A stretch of DNA of 64,000 nt from a virus (taxonomy: Duplodnaviria > Heunggongvirae > Uroviricota > Caudoviricetes), in the IMG/VR virus record IMGVR_UViG_3300025413_000008. One strand, given 5' to 3'. Below, one piece after another: positions 10,245-20,100 of the stretch; position 1 is the first letter of the stretch; the number at the start of each line of letters is the position of its first letter. The notes below the pieces were generated by a model. The model was not told the DNA's origin. It saw only the letters and a list, made by a program, of their open reading frames with translations, and made no database searches. A program made the position numbers and the translations under genes.

Positions 10245-10274
10245 TTGCATTAATGCAACATATTGTGGTATAAT
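10245..10274 (+). promoter_or_regulatory. Sigma70-type (early) promoter, TTGCAT-N18-TATAAT, overlapping a perfect 16-bp palindrome GTTGCATTAATGCAAC
   Basis: Read directly: ttgcat at 10245-10250 and tataat at 10269-10274, upstream of the gp55 gene. The palindrome spans 10244-10259. Confidence 0.4.
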
Positions 10275-10298
10275 TATTGTTAACGTAAAGGAACACAC

Positions 10299-11204
10299 GT
10301 GGCAACAACACCAATCACAAAACCGACTAAGAAGGTAAATTATCTAAACAATCGCGACATTCTTAAAGAAATACACAAAAGCAAGACTACCTATTGCTAT
10401 TTCACTGATCCAGAATATCATGCATATGATCTGATCATTGATGCTCCTGAAAGTTCAATTGAATTTGCTCTTGAGTATGCATTAAAGCCCGAACAGGTTC
10501 AGTCCGCAAAGACATCACGAGCGGCAAGATTAACATTAGAGTCGGGTGAAAAAATTCTCCCTGAATCAATTCCAACAGAGGATTTAGTATTTCGTGTGAT
10601 GACTTGGGACCACATTCCTGTTTCACAGAAGCAACCAAGAAAAACAAACCGAAAGAAAACTGCAAAAGATATCATTGTATTTGATGAAGATGAAGGCGAA
10701 GATTTCTCTGATTTAGAAGATAAGACCACTAAAGGTGAAGTAGACGACATGGTTCATGTCAAAGTAAACTTTCCACCATTCCAACATTTTAAACTTGATG
10801 AAACAAATACGTTCAGATGTGTAGGTAAGTCTCATTGGGTTGATGGGTTGGAGAATGGACATTTCTCAAAGGATCATGGCAACATCACCAATAAACTGGC
10901 GAGAATGTATATGATGCTATGTGAAAAGTATGCAATGAAGTTTAACTGGCGTGGATATACATACAACGATGAAATGAAAGCCAGTGCGGTCCTACAATTG
11001 ACTTATGTTGGACTCAGATTTAACGAAGCGAAATCAGCTAATCCATTTGCTTATTATACCGCTGCTATCACAAATAGTTTCTGCCGAGTGCTAAACACCG
11101 AAAAGCGTAACCAAAATATCCGCGATGACATCTTGGAAATTAATGGGCTGAACCCTTCGTTCTCGCGACAGATGAGGGAAAATAAAACAACAGTTTTGGA
11201 CTAA
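10299..11204 (+). CDS. 55: Late-transcription sigma factor gp55
   Basis: KVNYLNNRDILKEI matches KYNYVNNKELLQAI. KFNWRGYTYNDEMKASAV and NPFAYYTAAITNSFCRVLNTEKRNQ match T4 gp55 [20 protein letters not shown] and [24 protein letters not shown]. There is an inserted acidic segment. Confidence 0.75.
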   Translation: MATTPITKPTKKVNYLNNRDILKEIHKSKTTYCYFTDPEYHAYDLIIDAPESSIEFALEYALKPEQVQSAKTSRAARLTLESGEKILPESIPTEDLVFRVMTWDHIPVSQKQPRKTNRKKTAKDIIVFDEDEGEDFSDLEDKTTKGEVDDMVHVKVNFPPFQHFKLDETNTFRCVGKSHWVDGLENGHFSKDHGNITNKLARMYMMLCEKYAMKFNWRGYTYNDEMKASAVLQLTYVGLRFNEAKSANPFAYYTAAITNSFCRVLNTEKRNQNIRDDILEINGLNPSFSRQMRENKTTVLD

Positions 11205-11255
11205 GTGAATGATAATGTTTGCTTTTTTCAATGACTTATAGTATAGTTAGAACAT

Positions 11256-12272
11256 ATGAAAAACCTATTCAAAAAAGCAGCAGTGTTCACTGATATACAT
11301 TTCGGACTAAAGAGTAACAGCCTACAGCACAATCAAGATTGCGCAGATTTCGTTGATTGGTTTATATCAAAGGCAAAAGAGGAGGGGTGTGAAACATGTT
11401 TGTTTCTTGGTGATTGGAATCATCATAGAGCAAGTATAAACATTCACACCCTTCAATTTGGGTTACGTGCTTTAGAAAAATTAAACAATGCATTTGAGCG
11501 TGTTTTATTCATTCCGGGAAACCATGATCTTTATTACCGTGATCGCAGAGACATTCACTCGGTAGAGTGGGCATCACATCTTCCCAATATCACAATCGTT
11601 AATGATTGGTTTTGTGAAGGGAATGTTGTCATTGCGCCATGGCTTGTTGGTGATGATTATAAGAAGTTACCAAAATTAAAAGGCAAATATATGTTTGGGC
11701 ACTTTGAACTGCCAAACTTCTACATGAACGCAATGGTTCAAATGCCTGATCATGGAGAACTTAACTTAGACCATATTCAGCAATTTGATAAAGTATTCTC
11801 CGGTCACTTTCATAAGAGACAGGCAAGAAGGAACGTATGGTACATTGGAAACGCGTTTCCCCATAACTATGCGGACGCTGGTGACGATGCCAGAGGAATG
11901 ATGGTACTTGAGTGGGGAGAAGAGCCTGAGTTTCATGCATGGCCACAACAGCCGCTATTCAGAGTATACAAACTCAGTGACGTTCTGGACAATCCTGATG
12001 GGTTACTTCTTCCTAAGACAAACGTTCGTGTCCATCTTGACATTGACATTTCATATGAAGAGGCGAACTTCATTAGAGAAACTCTGATACCAACACATAA
12101 TCTTCGTGAAATGTCGCTCATTCCAATAAAGAATAGCGAGCACATTCAAGATTTAGAAACAGGTGAACTTAAGTTTGAATCAGTTGATCAAATAATTGTT
12201 GACCAAATTACCGCCATAGAGAGCGATTTCTATGATTCTAAACTTCTGTTGGCTATTTATGAGTCAATATGA
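11256..12272 (+). CDS. 47: Recombination endonuclease subunit gp47 (Mre11/SbcD-like metallophosphatase)
   Basis: Calcineurin-like phosphoesterase motifs FTDIHFG, LGDWNHH and GNHD. Adjacent to a Rad50-like gene as in T4. Confidence 0.8.
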   Translation: MKNLFKKAAVFTDIHFGLKSNSLQHNQDCADFVDWFISKAKEEGCETCLFLGDWNHHRASINIHTLQFGLRALEKLNNAFERVLFIPGNHDLYYRDRRDIHSVEWASHLPNITIVNDWFCEGNVVIAPWLVGDDYKKLPKLKGKYMFGHFELPNFYMNAMVQMPDHGELNLDHIQQFDKVFSGHFHKRQARRNVWYIGNAFPHNYADAGDDARGMMVLEWGEEPEFHAWPQQPLFRVYKLSDVLDNPDGLLLPKTNVRVHLDIDISYEEANFIRETLIPTHNLREMSLIPIKNSEHIQDLETGELKFESVDQIIVDQITAIESDFYDSKLLLAIYESI

Positions 12273-12376
12273 TTCTTTAGTTTCCATCCGTATGCGCGAT
12301 TTCTCTTTCCTTTACCGATATAATATGGGGTAAGATCAGATTTACGCAGGTATGCATAAACGTAATAAATATTCAT
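12257..12376 (-). pseudogene. Truncated GIY-YIG homing-endonuclease relic (39 aa) in the gp47/gp46 intergenic region
   Basis: The minus ORF MNIYYVYAYLRKSDLTPYYIGKGKRNRAYGWKLKNHIDS has an AAGGAG RBS. It carries the GIY, YIG and conserved Arg elements but stops before the catalytic Glu/Asn region. It overlaps the gp47 3' end. Confidence 0.45.
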
Positions 12377-12496
12377 TGCTGATAGCTCCTTCTTAGCAAT
12401 TAGAGTGGGTGGGGATTGCAGTCCCGTGACTCACATTTATTTATATATTTAACAAAAACCATTGATTTATACCTAACAGGATGTTATAATACTATC

Positions 12497-14584
12497 ATGT
12501 CAATCATTCTCAAAAATATAACCCTTCGTAACTTCCTTTCAATTGGAGCAGTTACCCAAGCAGTAAATTTTGACAGCAAAGAATTAACTCTTATCATGGG
12601 TCAAAATTTAGACCTTGGAGGAGATGGTGCAAGAAATGGAACGGGCAAAACCACTCTGATACAAGGGCTGGCTTATGTTCTATTTGGTTCACCAATTAAT
12701 AGCATTCGTAAAGATAACCTTATCAACCGCACCAATGGTAAAGGTATGATGGCTACTCTTGAATTTAGTGCTAATGGGATTGACTATAAGATTGAACGAG
12801 GAAGAAAACCAAACATCCTTAGGTTCTTCGTGAATAATAGTTTACAAGAGCATAAAGACGATTCCGCTCAAGGTGAAAACAAGGAAACTCAGGCTGCAAT
12901 TGAGCGCGCTATCGGTATGTCATCCGATATGTTCAAGCATATTGTTGCTTTGAATACGTATTCAGAGCCATTCCTTGCCCTTGGTTCAGGACCACAAAGA
13001 GATATTATTGAACAGTTGCTTGGTATTACCTTGTTGTCCGAAAAGGCTAAAGCCATAAAGGATAAACTGAATGTCAATAAAGATAATATCCAGCAAGAAG
13101 AATTCAAGGTCAAGGCTATTGAAGAAGCAAACAAAAGAGTTCAGGAACAAATTGAAAGCCTAAAACGTAGACAGTCTTTGTGGATCAAGAAACATGAGGC
13201 AGATTTAAATAGTCTTGTAACAGACTATGATGAACTAAGCAAGATTGATATTGAGGCGGAATTACAATCTCATAAAGACTTCTCTGTATATCAAGAAAAA
13301 AAGAAAAAGCAAGATGCAATCAGTGCGCTCGTCGCTAGACAAGTAGCATGGAAGCAAAAGCAGTCCAAGGATATTGCTGCTCTTCAAAGCACATATGATG
13401 CTCTGAGTCATATTGATATTGATGCGGAATTACAAGCCCACAAGTCCGTTGCCGAATGGAAGCATAAAAAGGCTGATGCCGATAAGTTCAACTTGACAAA
13501 GGCGAATCTAGAAAAGAATATTATTCGCGAAACCGGAATCATCAAGAAACTTTCAGAAGAAATTGCAACTTTGGAAAGTAACAGGTGCTATGCATGTGGT
13601 CAAGATTTTCATGATGAAAATCATGTAACCGTTTTGGACGATAAAAAGGCATTGCTTGCTTCTGCACAGAACGATCTTACCCAAAACCAAAATGATTTAG
13701 AAAAAATAAAAAATGCATTAAATGATTTGAATTTGGGTAAACAGCCATCCACTCATTATAAGACTGAATCCGAGGCGATCAAACACAGTTCCGAACTTGA
13801 AAACATTCAAAATAAAATTGCTTCTAAAAACCATGAGACCGATCCCTATGCTGAGCAAATTACAGAAAATGATACCTTAGAAGCCCTCGGACCCGTTCCA
13901 AAGACTATATACGATACTGAAGCGCAGGCGATTGAACATAGATCAACCGTGCATAACCTGCTGCAACAGATTGAACGTAAGGTAGCAGAAGTTGATCCCT
14001 ATGCTGAGCAGGTTATTGAAATGGAATCTAAAGCATTACAAGAAATTGATTTTGAAAAGATCAACGAGTTGTCACGTTATGGTGATCACTTGAAGTTTCT
14101 CATGGACCTATTGACCAGTAAAGACTCATTTATTCGTAAGAAGATCATTGATCAAAACTTGTCCTATTTAAACGCAAGACTTACTCATTATCTGGATAAA
14201 ATGGGACTGCCCCATACTGTTATCTTCAAGAATGACTTGTCGGTTGAAATTACTGAACTCGGGCGTGAGTTGGATTTTGATAATTTATCACGCGGTGAGC
14301 GGAACCGACTGATTCTTGGTCTTTCGTTTGCATTTAGAGATGTGTGGGAAAACTTGTATCGTCCTATTAATACTTTGTTCATTGACGAATTGATTGACTC
14401 GGGCTTAGACTCTATAGGAGTTGAAAACGCAATGGCTGTTCTCAAAGAAATGTCTCGTAACCGCAACAAGTCAATCTGGCTCGTTTCACACAGAGAAGAA
14501 CTTGCAGGGCGTGTTCCAAGTGTTCTCAAGGTTGTCAAGGAGGCTGGGTTCACCTCATATTCCACATCAACCGATATAGAATAA
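12497..14584 (+). CDS. 46: Recombination ATPase gp46 (Rad50/SbcC-like)
   Basis: Walker A GARNGTGKTTLIQ. Long coiled-coil middle with a CxxC zinc hook (CYACGQ). C-terminal signature/Walker B-like LFIDELIDSGLD. Start moved to the Met after the track start; TTGATT-N17-TATAAT lies just upstream. Confidence 0.8.
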   Translation: MSIILKNITLRNFLSIGAVTQAVNFDSKELTLIMGQNLDLGGDGARNGTGKTTLIQGLAYVLFGSPINSIRKDNLINRTNGKGMMATLEFSANGIDYKIERGRKPNILRFFVNNSLQEHKDDSAQGENKETQAAIERAIGMSSDMFKHIVALNTYSEPFLALGSGPQRDIIEQLLGITLLSEKAKAIKDKLNVNKDNIQQEEFKVKAIEEANKRVQEQIESLKRRQSLWIKKHEADLNSLVTDYDELSKIDIEAELQSHKDFSVYQEKKKKQDAISALVARQVAWKQKQSKDIAALQSTYDALSHIDIDAELQAHKSVAEWKHKKADADKFNLTKANLEKNIIRETGIIKKLSEEIATLESNRCYACGQDFHDENHVTVLDDKKALLASAQNDLTQNQNDLEKIKNALNDLNLGKQPSTHYKTESEAIKHSSELENIQNKIASKNHETDPYAEQITENDTLEALGPVPKTIYDTEAQAIEHRSTVHNLLQQIERKVAEVDPYAEQVIEMESKALQEIDFEKINELSRYGDHLKFLMDLLTSKDSFIRKKIIDQNLSYLNARLTHYLDKMGLPHTVIFKNDLSVEITELGRELDFDNLSRGERNRLILGLSFAFRDVWENLYRPINTLFIDELIDSGLDSIGVENAMAVLKEMSRNRNKSIWLVSHREELAGRVPSVLKVVKEAGFTSYSTSTDIE

Positions 14585-14598
14585 AAAAAATACGTGCG

Positions 14599-15192
14599 TT
14601 GGTAAAAGAGATAAATCAGTATATGACATCACCACAGAAAGCAAAAGGCTCTTCATTTGAACGCGAAGTAGCAAAATTCTTATCCGAAACATACAACGAA
14701 AGTTTTATCAGAGCGCCGGGTTCAGGTGCGTATGTGGGCGGCAAGAATCAAGCTCGTAAGGAGTTCCTTCATGAGGGACAGGTTCGCAGTTTCAAGGGTG
14801 ATATCGTGCCGGGACAGTCTTTTACAAAATTCAACGCAGAATGCAAATCTTATGCAGATTTCCCATTTCATCAGTTATTAACTGGCAATTGCAAAGTATT
14901 TGATACTTGGATTGAACAGCTTATGGCAGTGGCAGACGAAGGCGATTGTAACATTCTATTCATGAAGTTTAATCGTAAAGGTCGTTATGTAGCCGTTCAA
15001 GCTAAGTATACATGGATAACCGATTATTTCACTTACTATAGTTCACCTACAGTAGGTGATTGGATATTCATTGAATTTGACCATTTTTTTAAAAACAACA
15101 AAGACTTATTTAAATCATATTCAAGCTCAACATCCAGCACCGCAGACACCATGTCAGAACCCCCATCTAATATTCTCACCCTAAACATTTAA
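14599..15192 (+). CDS. Putative Holliday-junction resolvase-like nuclease (Hjc/PD-(D/E)xK fold) with a low-complexity C-terminal tail
   Basis: GSSFEREVAKFL ... KGDIV ... ECK resembles archaeal Hjc (G.AERE ... D ... E.K). Follows the gp47/gp46 recombination genes. Confidence 0.35.
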   Translation: MVKEINQYMTSPQKAKGSSFEREVAKFLSETYNESFIRAPGSGAYVGGKNQARKEFLHEGQVRSFKGDIVPGQSFTKFNAECKSYADFPFHQLLTGNCKVFDTWIEQLMAVADEGDCNILFMKFNRKGRYVAVQAKYTWITDYFTYYSSPTVGDWIFIEFDHFFKNNKDLFKSYSSSTSSTADTMSEPPSNILTLNI

Positions 15193-15239
15193 TCTAATAT
15201 CTAGCCCATTTAAACCTAACACAAAACCAACCCCACATT

Positions 15240-15700
15240 GATGTCTGGTGTACGTTCGTAGACCCTCCTTGAGGAAGCAGGATTTAAACCCCCTGTAGTC
15301 CGGATTCTGGAGTATGCCTGACCGAGAGGTCAGTGCCAGATTCAACATAGTCTGGTGGATGTTGATAGTAATATCAACCGCAAAACACTACACATCAATT
15401 GGTGTGTTGATTTGTGTTTAGGAATACCGACAGGGCAATCGTTAGTAGACGAACCCTGAATGAGTCTGTACCCTGTTTATCTCGTGGGAACAGAACATGC
15501 GTTGCCGAGGGGTCGGAAAGACCGATAGCCTCACTACACCTCCATAAATACCTTACAGGGCAACCGGTGGCGGTCAACAGCGATTAAAAGGCTAGTTGAC
15601 CGGGAGAGAGATAATAATGAATGACGGCCATGGCAAGTTGTAAATTAGTAGTGCTTTCTTACGGAAGCACTACTATGTCTTCAAACCGGCAATGCTATTT
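15240..15700 (+). ncRNA. Candidate structured non-coding RNA or cis element. Strand and ends are uncertain.
   Basis: No ORF longer than 60 aa on either strand from 15193 to 16092. GNRA-capped hairpins include ctgacc-GAGA-ggtcag (15318-15333) and gttgata-GTAA-tatcaac (15361-15378). A 10-bp hairpin lies at 15647-15674. Confidence 0.2.
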
Positions 15701-16092
15701 AAGAAGCACCTAAATGATCATTACTCTTCTTAAGAATAATAAAAAATAATCTAAAAAAATCAATTCTGAAAGAAATGAAAACGAACAAAGTGAGTTTTCA
15801 GATGAACGAAGTTCATCAATCATATTGAAACAATTGATGAACTTCTTATGGATTCCGGATAGAAATAATTAGAAGAATGGCATTTGAGTTTTTTTAGTAA
15901 CTTCGAGATTGCCATCAATTACTTCTTGTATTGCACCCCTCTCAGATTCAGACATATTGAGAATATCTTCGTATGATACCCCACCACGCATATACCAAGA
16001 CAGCGTTAATGCTGATTTCTTTACTGCCGCGACATCCTTTTCATATCCTTCTAGCAGCTTTCTAATCTCTTCGGGCTTAGAGTTTAGAAGCC

Positions 16093-17076
16093 TTACACGA
16101 AAAAATCTGATGGATTTAAAGTAAATGGTTGAGTGTATTCATGGTTACATTGTGGGCATTGCATGTTGAGAGGTTTAATTTCTCCTGCTTCCTTCAGTGA
16201 AGCATTATAATCTCTAAGTTTAACAAATAAATTTCTATCACAATTTTTTAAAAAATCAAGAATGAAAGTTTTATCTGTTACCTTTGTAGCAGGAGTTTGA
16301 ATATACTCAATAGTAGATGATAATAGTTCAAGAGTTAATGTTGTAATTTTTTCTAGCGCAGCATGACTTTTTTCGTCTCTTTCTTTTGCGTCTTCAATCA
16401 TGGTAATACTTGAAAACTCTCTCTGAATTTCAAATTGCTTCAATGAAACATCGTTTATTTCTCTATACGTGAGTGGTCTAAACTTTACATTTAGGTCTCC
16501 CGTATCATACAATGTGTTATAATCTGACACACCAAGAGTTGATAACATTCCCATGAGATTTACGCCAAATTTGGTTTCTTCGTCGCATCCGGGACAAGTA
16601 GTTTCAATTTCCATGTCTCCTGAACTACCCGCTGCTTTAATACCAATTAAAATTGCATCCAAATCAACATTAGTAACTGACCATGGGTCCTTGATATTTG
16701 GAATACAACTTCTAATCAATTCCGCAACGGCAGAACCGTTAAACAATGCATCAGGTGTTCTTGCCGTAATCTCGTCAATTGCAGTCATTGGGTATACTGG
16801 AAGTTCTCCCGTTTCTGGCATATCAATTGCACCAACAGGATACCCTATGCCACCACTCGGTAATTTAATATGAACAGTTGGTCTTCTAAAATATTGACGA
16901 AGTGGGTTAACATCTGATGGTGGTACTTGTGTTGGATTCATCGTCTGTGGTATAGGTGAATTTACAAATTGATCTGTTGTGTTTGTAGGTAGATCATTAT
17001 AAATTGGAGTGAATCCGGCTACTGGGATTCCCATATTTGTATTCTGGGTAGGTGGAATAGGAATGTTATTGTCCAT
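16093..17076 (-). CDS. Hypothetical protein with paired CxxC zinc-ribbon motifs, possibly a baseplate-hub assembly factor
   Basis: Contains CPGC...CPQC. Transcribed divergently from the tape-measure-like gene. A minus-strand ATAAATAC motif lies about 55 nt upstream. Confidence 0.4.
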   Translation of the reverse strand: MDNNIPIPPTQNTNMGIPVAGFTPIYNDLPTNTTDQFVNSPIPQTMNPTQVPPSDVNPLRQYFRRPTVHIKLPSGGIGYPVGAIDMPETGELPVYPMTAIDEITARTPDALFNGSAVAELIRSCIPNIKDPWSVTNVDLDAILIGIKAAGSSGDMEIETTCPGCDEETKFGVNLMGMLSTLGVSDYNTLYDTGDLNVKFRPLTYREINDVSLKQFEIQREFSSITMIEDAKERDEKSHAALEKITTLTLELLSSTIEYIQTPATKVTDKTFILDFLKNCDRNLFVKLRDYNASLKEAGEIKPLNMQCPQCNHEYTQPFTLNPSDFFV

Positions 17077-17170
17077 TTTTTTAATTTCCTCAAAATGATG
17101 GTTTTAGAAATGCTAAATACATAAGAGTATTTATTGTACAAAAATACCAAAATATATTTAGGTTGAGATA

Positions 17171-20100
17171 ATGGATATTGATCCAAATTTGTTGGAAGAT
17201 TTCAATGAGCAATTGCGACAGATGACTGACCTTATGGGACAGAATAATTCTGTTATGTCTTCGTATTTAAAGAGTCTTAATGATCTTACATCATCTACAT
17301 CTGACAGTACAAATGCTACGCAAAAAAATACTACTGCCAATAATAACGCATCACAGGCAGCACAAGACTTGGCAAATGCTGAAGAGTATTCTGCAAGAAA
17401 GATAAAAGAGGCACAAGCTAATCTTGAACTTTCATTTAGGTATGCATCCACTGGATTATTAGGGTTTGGTAGTGCGGCACTCAGTGGTAAAGAAGGGTTA
17501 GAAAAATATTCTGGATCATTAACTAATGCCGGAGTTGCTGCATCTAAGATTGCTGAAAACTTTGGACTACTAGGCACAGCAGTTGGCTTAGCTATCCAAG
17601 CACTTACTAAATTTGGCGCTGATGCGTTAAAATTAGTAGATCAAACTACAAATTTTAGAGACGAATTAGCAAAATCTACTGGTGTTGTTACTACCTCTTT
17701 AGAAAATATTGACCGATTCTCACGGGAAGCGAAATTTTCTGGAGAAAGAATGGCTATTCTTCAGAAAGCTACCAGTGGTCTAGGAACAAGTCTTACTGCG
17801 TTAGGTGGTTCTGCCGATCAGGGTGCCACCCAATTTATGAAAATGGCCTCATTGGGCAAAGATGCTGACGAAACCCGTAAACGATTTGGTATGATGGGCA
17901 TCTCACAAGAACGCTTAATAGACATGCAATCCAAATATATAGATTTGCAGGGTAAATCGGGTTCCGCATATGCATTGCAGCACATGACAATGGGACAATT
18001 ACAGAAACAGTCATTAGAATACGTAGAAAATTTAGCGCGAATGTCATCACTAACTGGTGAAAGTGCTGATAAATTACAATCCGACCGAGATTCTCTTGCT
18101 TCCACCCAAGCAGTGCAATTGGGACGCCGCCGAGAAATGCTTGATTTACAAGAAATAGGTAAGACTCAAGGAATTAAATCACAGGCATATCAAGATAAAT
18201 TAAAAGAAGTCAATGATCACGAAAAAATGTTGAGTTCATTGTCTGATAGATTTGGCGCAAAACAGGCTGCTGCTCTTGGTGAATATATGTATCAAGGCAT
18301 CAGTAAAAATAATGCATCACAAGTAGTTGGCTCTCCGGAAGTATTAACAGCCATAGATCGTGCTAAATCTGGTCAATTGTCTCCGGATCAGTTTGATTCA
18401 GCAGCAGTAAATGCAAGAAATGCTGCTGAAAATAGATTTGCATACAATCCTGGTGTAATGTACGGGGATAATCCGGAAAATTTAGGTTTTGATTTAGATA
18501 CACTTAAGAAATCCAATATTGGCTTAAGTGATAAAAATGCTGAGCAGACGAAAAAAGAATACGATGATCGCGTAAAATTAATAACTGATACAAATAAAAA
18601 CCCAATGGCATCTGGTGATGAAGATTTAAAGAGGCGCGAAAGAAATTTACAATCTTCTTATCAAGAGGGATTGGAAAAATTGATACACTTATTAGGTCCT
18701 CTTGGCTTAACGGGAGCAACTTTAGCGGCTACAGCCGCATTGTGGGGACTTAGTGGCGCAGCGGTGTTGGGCATTGGTCGCGGTGGATTGTTTGGAAGTA
18801 TTGGTAATAGACTTTTTGGTAATATGGGCGTAAAAGCCGCAGGCGCAGCAGAGGGGATCGGTGGAGCAGCAGAGGGGATCGGTGGAGCAGCAGAGGGGAT
18901 CGGTGGAGCAGGATTATTAGCATCTGGTGCAGAAATGGAAGCAGGTGGTGTTGCCGCAGATGCCACTGGTGTTGGGGCACCAGTTGGGATAGGAATGAAT
19001 ATTCTGGGTGCGGGCATGATGCTTGGTGGTGCTGGATTAATGGCATATAATTGGCTAACAGGAAGTGGCGATAATTCATCAGCACAACCAACAACGGCAT
19101 CCACATCAGATCAAGAAACTCCTCAAACCCCCGATATAACACGTGATAACGATAACCAAGATAGTGGAGGGAGTGTTGATCAATCCGCTATAGACGCAAG
19201 AATGCAAAATACCAGTGGAGGAGGACTGATAGCAGCATTCAGACGTTTGAATGAGTCTATAAATCGTCTCACACAAAGCGTAGATACGCTGTCAGAGCGG
19301 TATGGACAAGATAAAACCGAAGAAGAAGGAGGAGGAGGAGGAGGAGGAGCAGGAGGAGGAACACCAGCCGGTAACAGTGCAAATGCAGCCGAAGCAATGA
19401 AATTTTTTATTGGACAAGGATGGACAAAAAATCAAGCTGCTGGGATAGTAGGAAATCTACAGCAAGAATCTGGTGCCAATCTTGATCCAAACATTAGTAA
19501 TAGTATTGGTATGTATGGTATTGCTCAATGGGATACTTCCAGAAGAAAAGAATTTGAGAAAATTTATGGTAAATCAATATATGGTTCTAGCTTTGAAGAC
19601 CAACTGAAATATGTACAATACGAGCTAACAAATGGAAATCGTAAGGCAGCAGGGGATAGATTAAAACAAGCATCAAATGTAAATGATGCAGCGTCAATAG
19701 TTACTCGTTTATATGAAGGTGCGGCAGGACAGGATGATGCTAAAAGAATTGCTAATGCCCAAGCTCTTGCACAAAATACAGATACTAAACAAACAAATTT
19801 TGGCGGATTGTTTGGTGGTCTGCCCGGAATCGGAGGAGGATTTGGTTCAGAATATAACATAGACCCCGCAAATGCTGCACAATATATTAATTTTAGTGGG
19901 GCATCAGGTGGACTGCAAAACCTTAATGGACTCCAACCAAATGTAAAAGCTGCACTAATAAGAGCAGCGCAGCAGTATTATCAACAAACAGGTAGAAAAC
20001 TAACACTAAACAGCGGCGCGCGCTCACTTCAGGATCAACAGCGTTTATGGGACAATAGAGCTAATAATCCAAATCCAGTTGCGCCTCCTAATCCAAATTC

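Noticed and set aside
12416-12496. Upstream extension of gp46 to the ATG at 12416
   Set aside because: The N-terminal 27 codons (MQSRDSHLFIYLTKTIDLYLTGCYNTI) overlap a promoter-like TTGATT-N17-TATAAT and the homing-endonuclease relic region. The Met at 12497 gives a canonical SbcC-like N-terminus.
15193-15600. Possible group I intron or tRNA cluster in the ORF-free region
   Set aside because: I could not find the conserved group I P7/R-S core elements, split exons of a host gene, or any 7-nt T-loop cloverleaf by eye. It is kept as an unexplained structured region rather than a named RNA.
17158-17577. 139-aa minus-strand ORF
   Set aside because: It overlaps the start of the 1533-aa plus-strand gene and has no RBS. 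It is an antisense shadow ORF.
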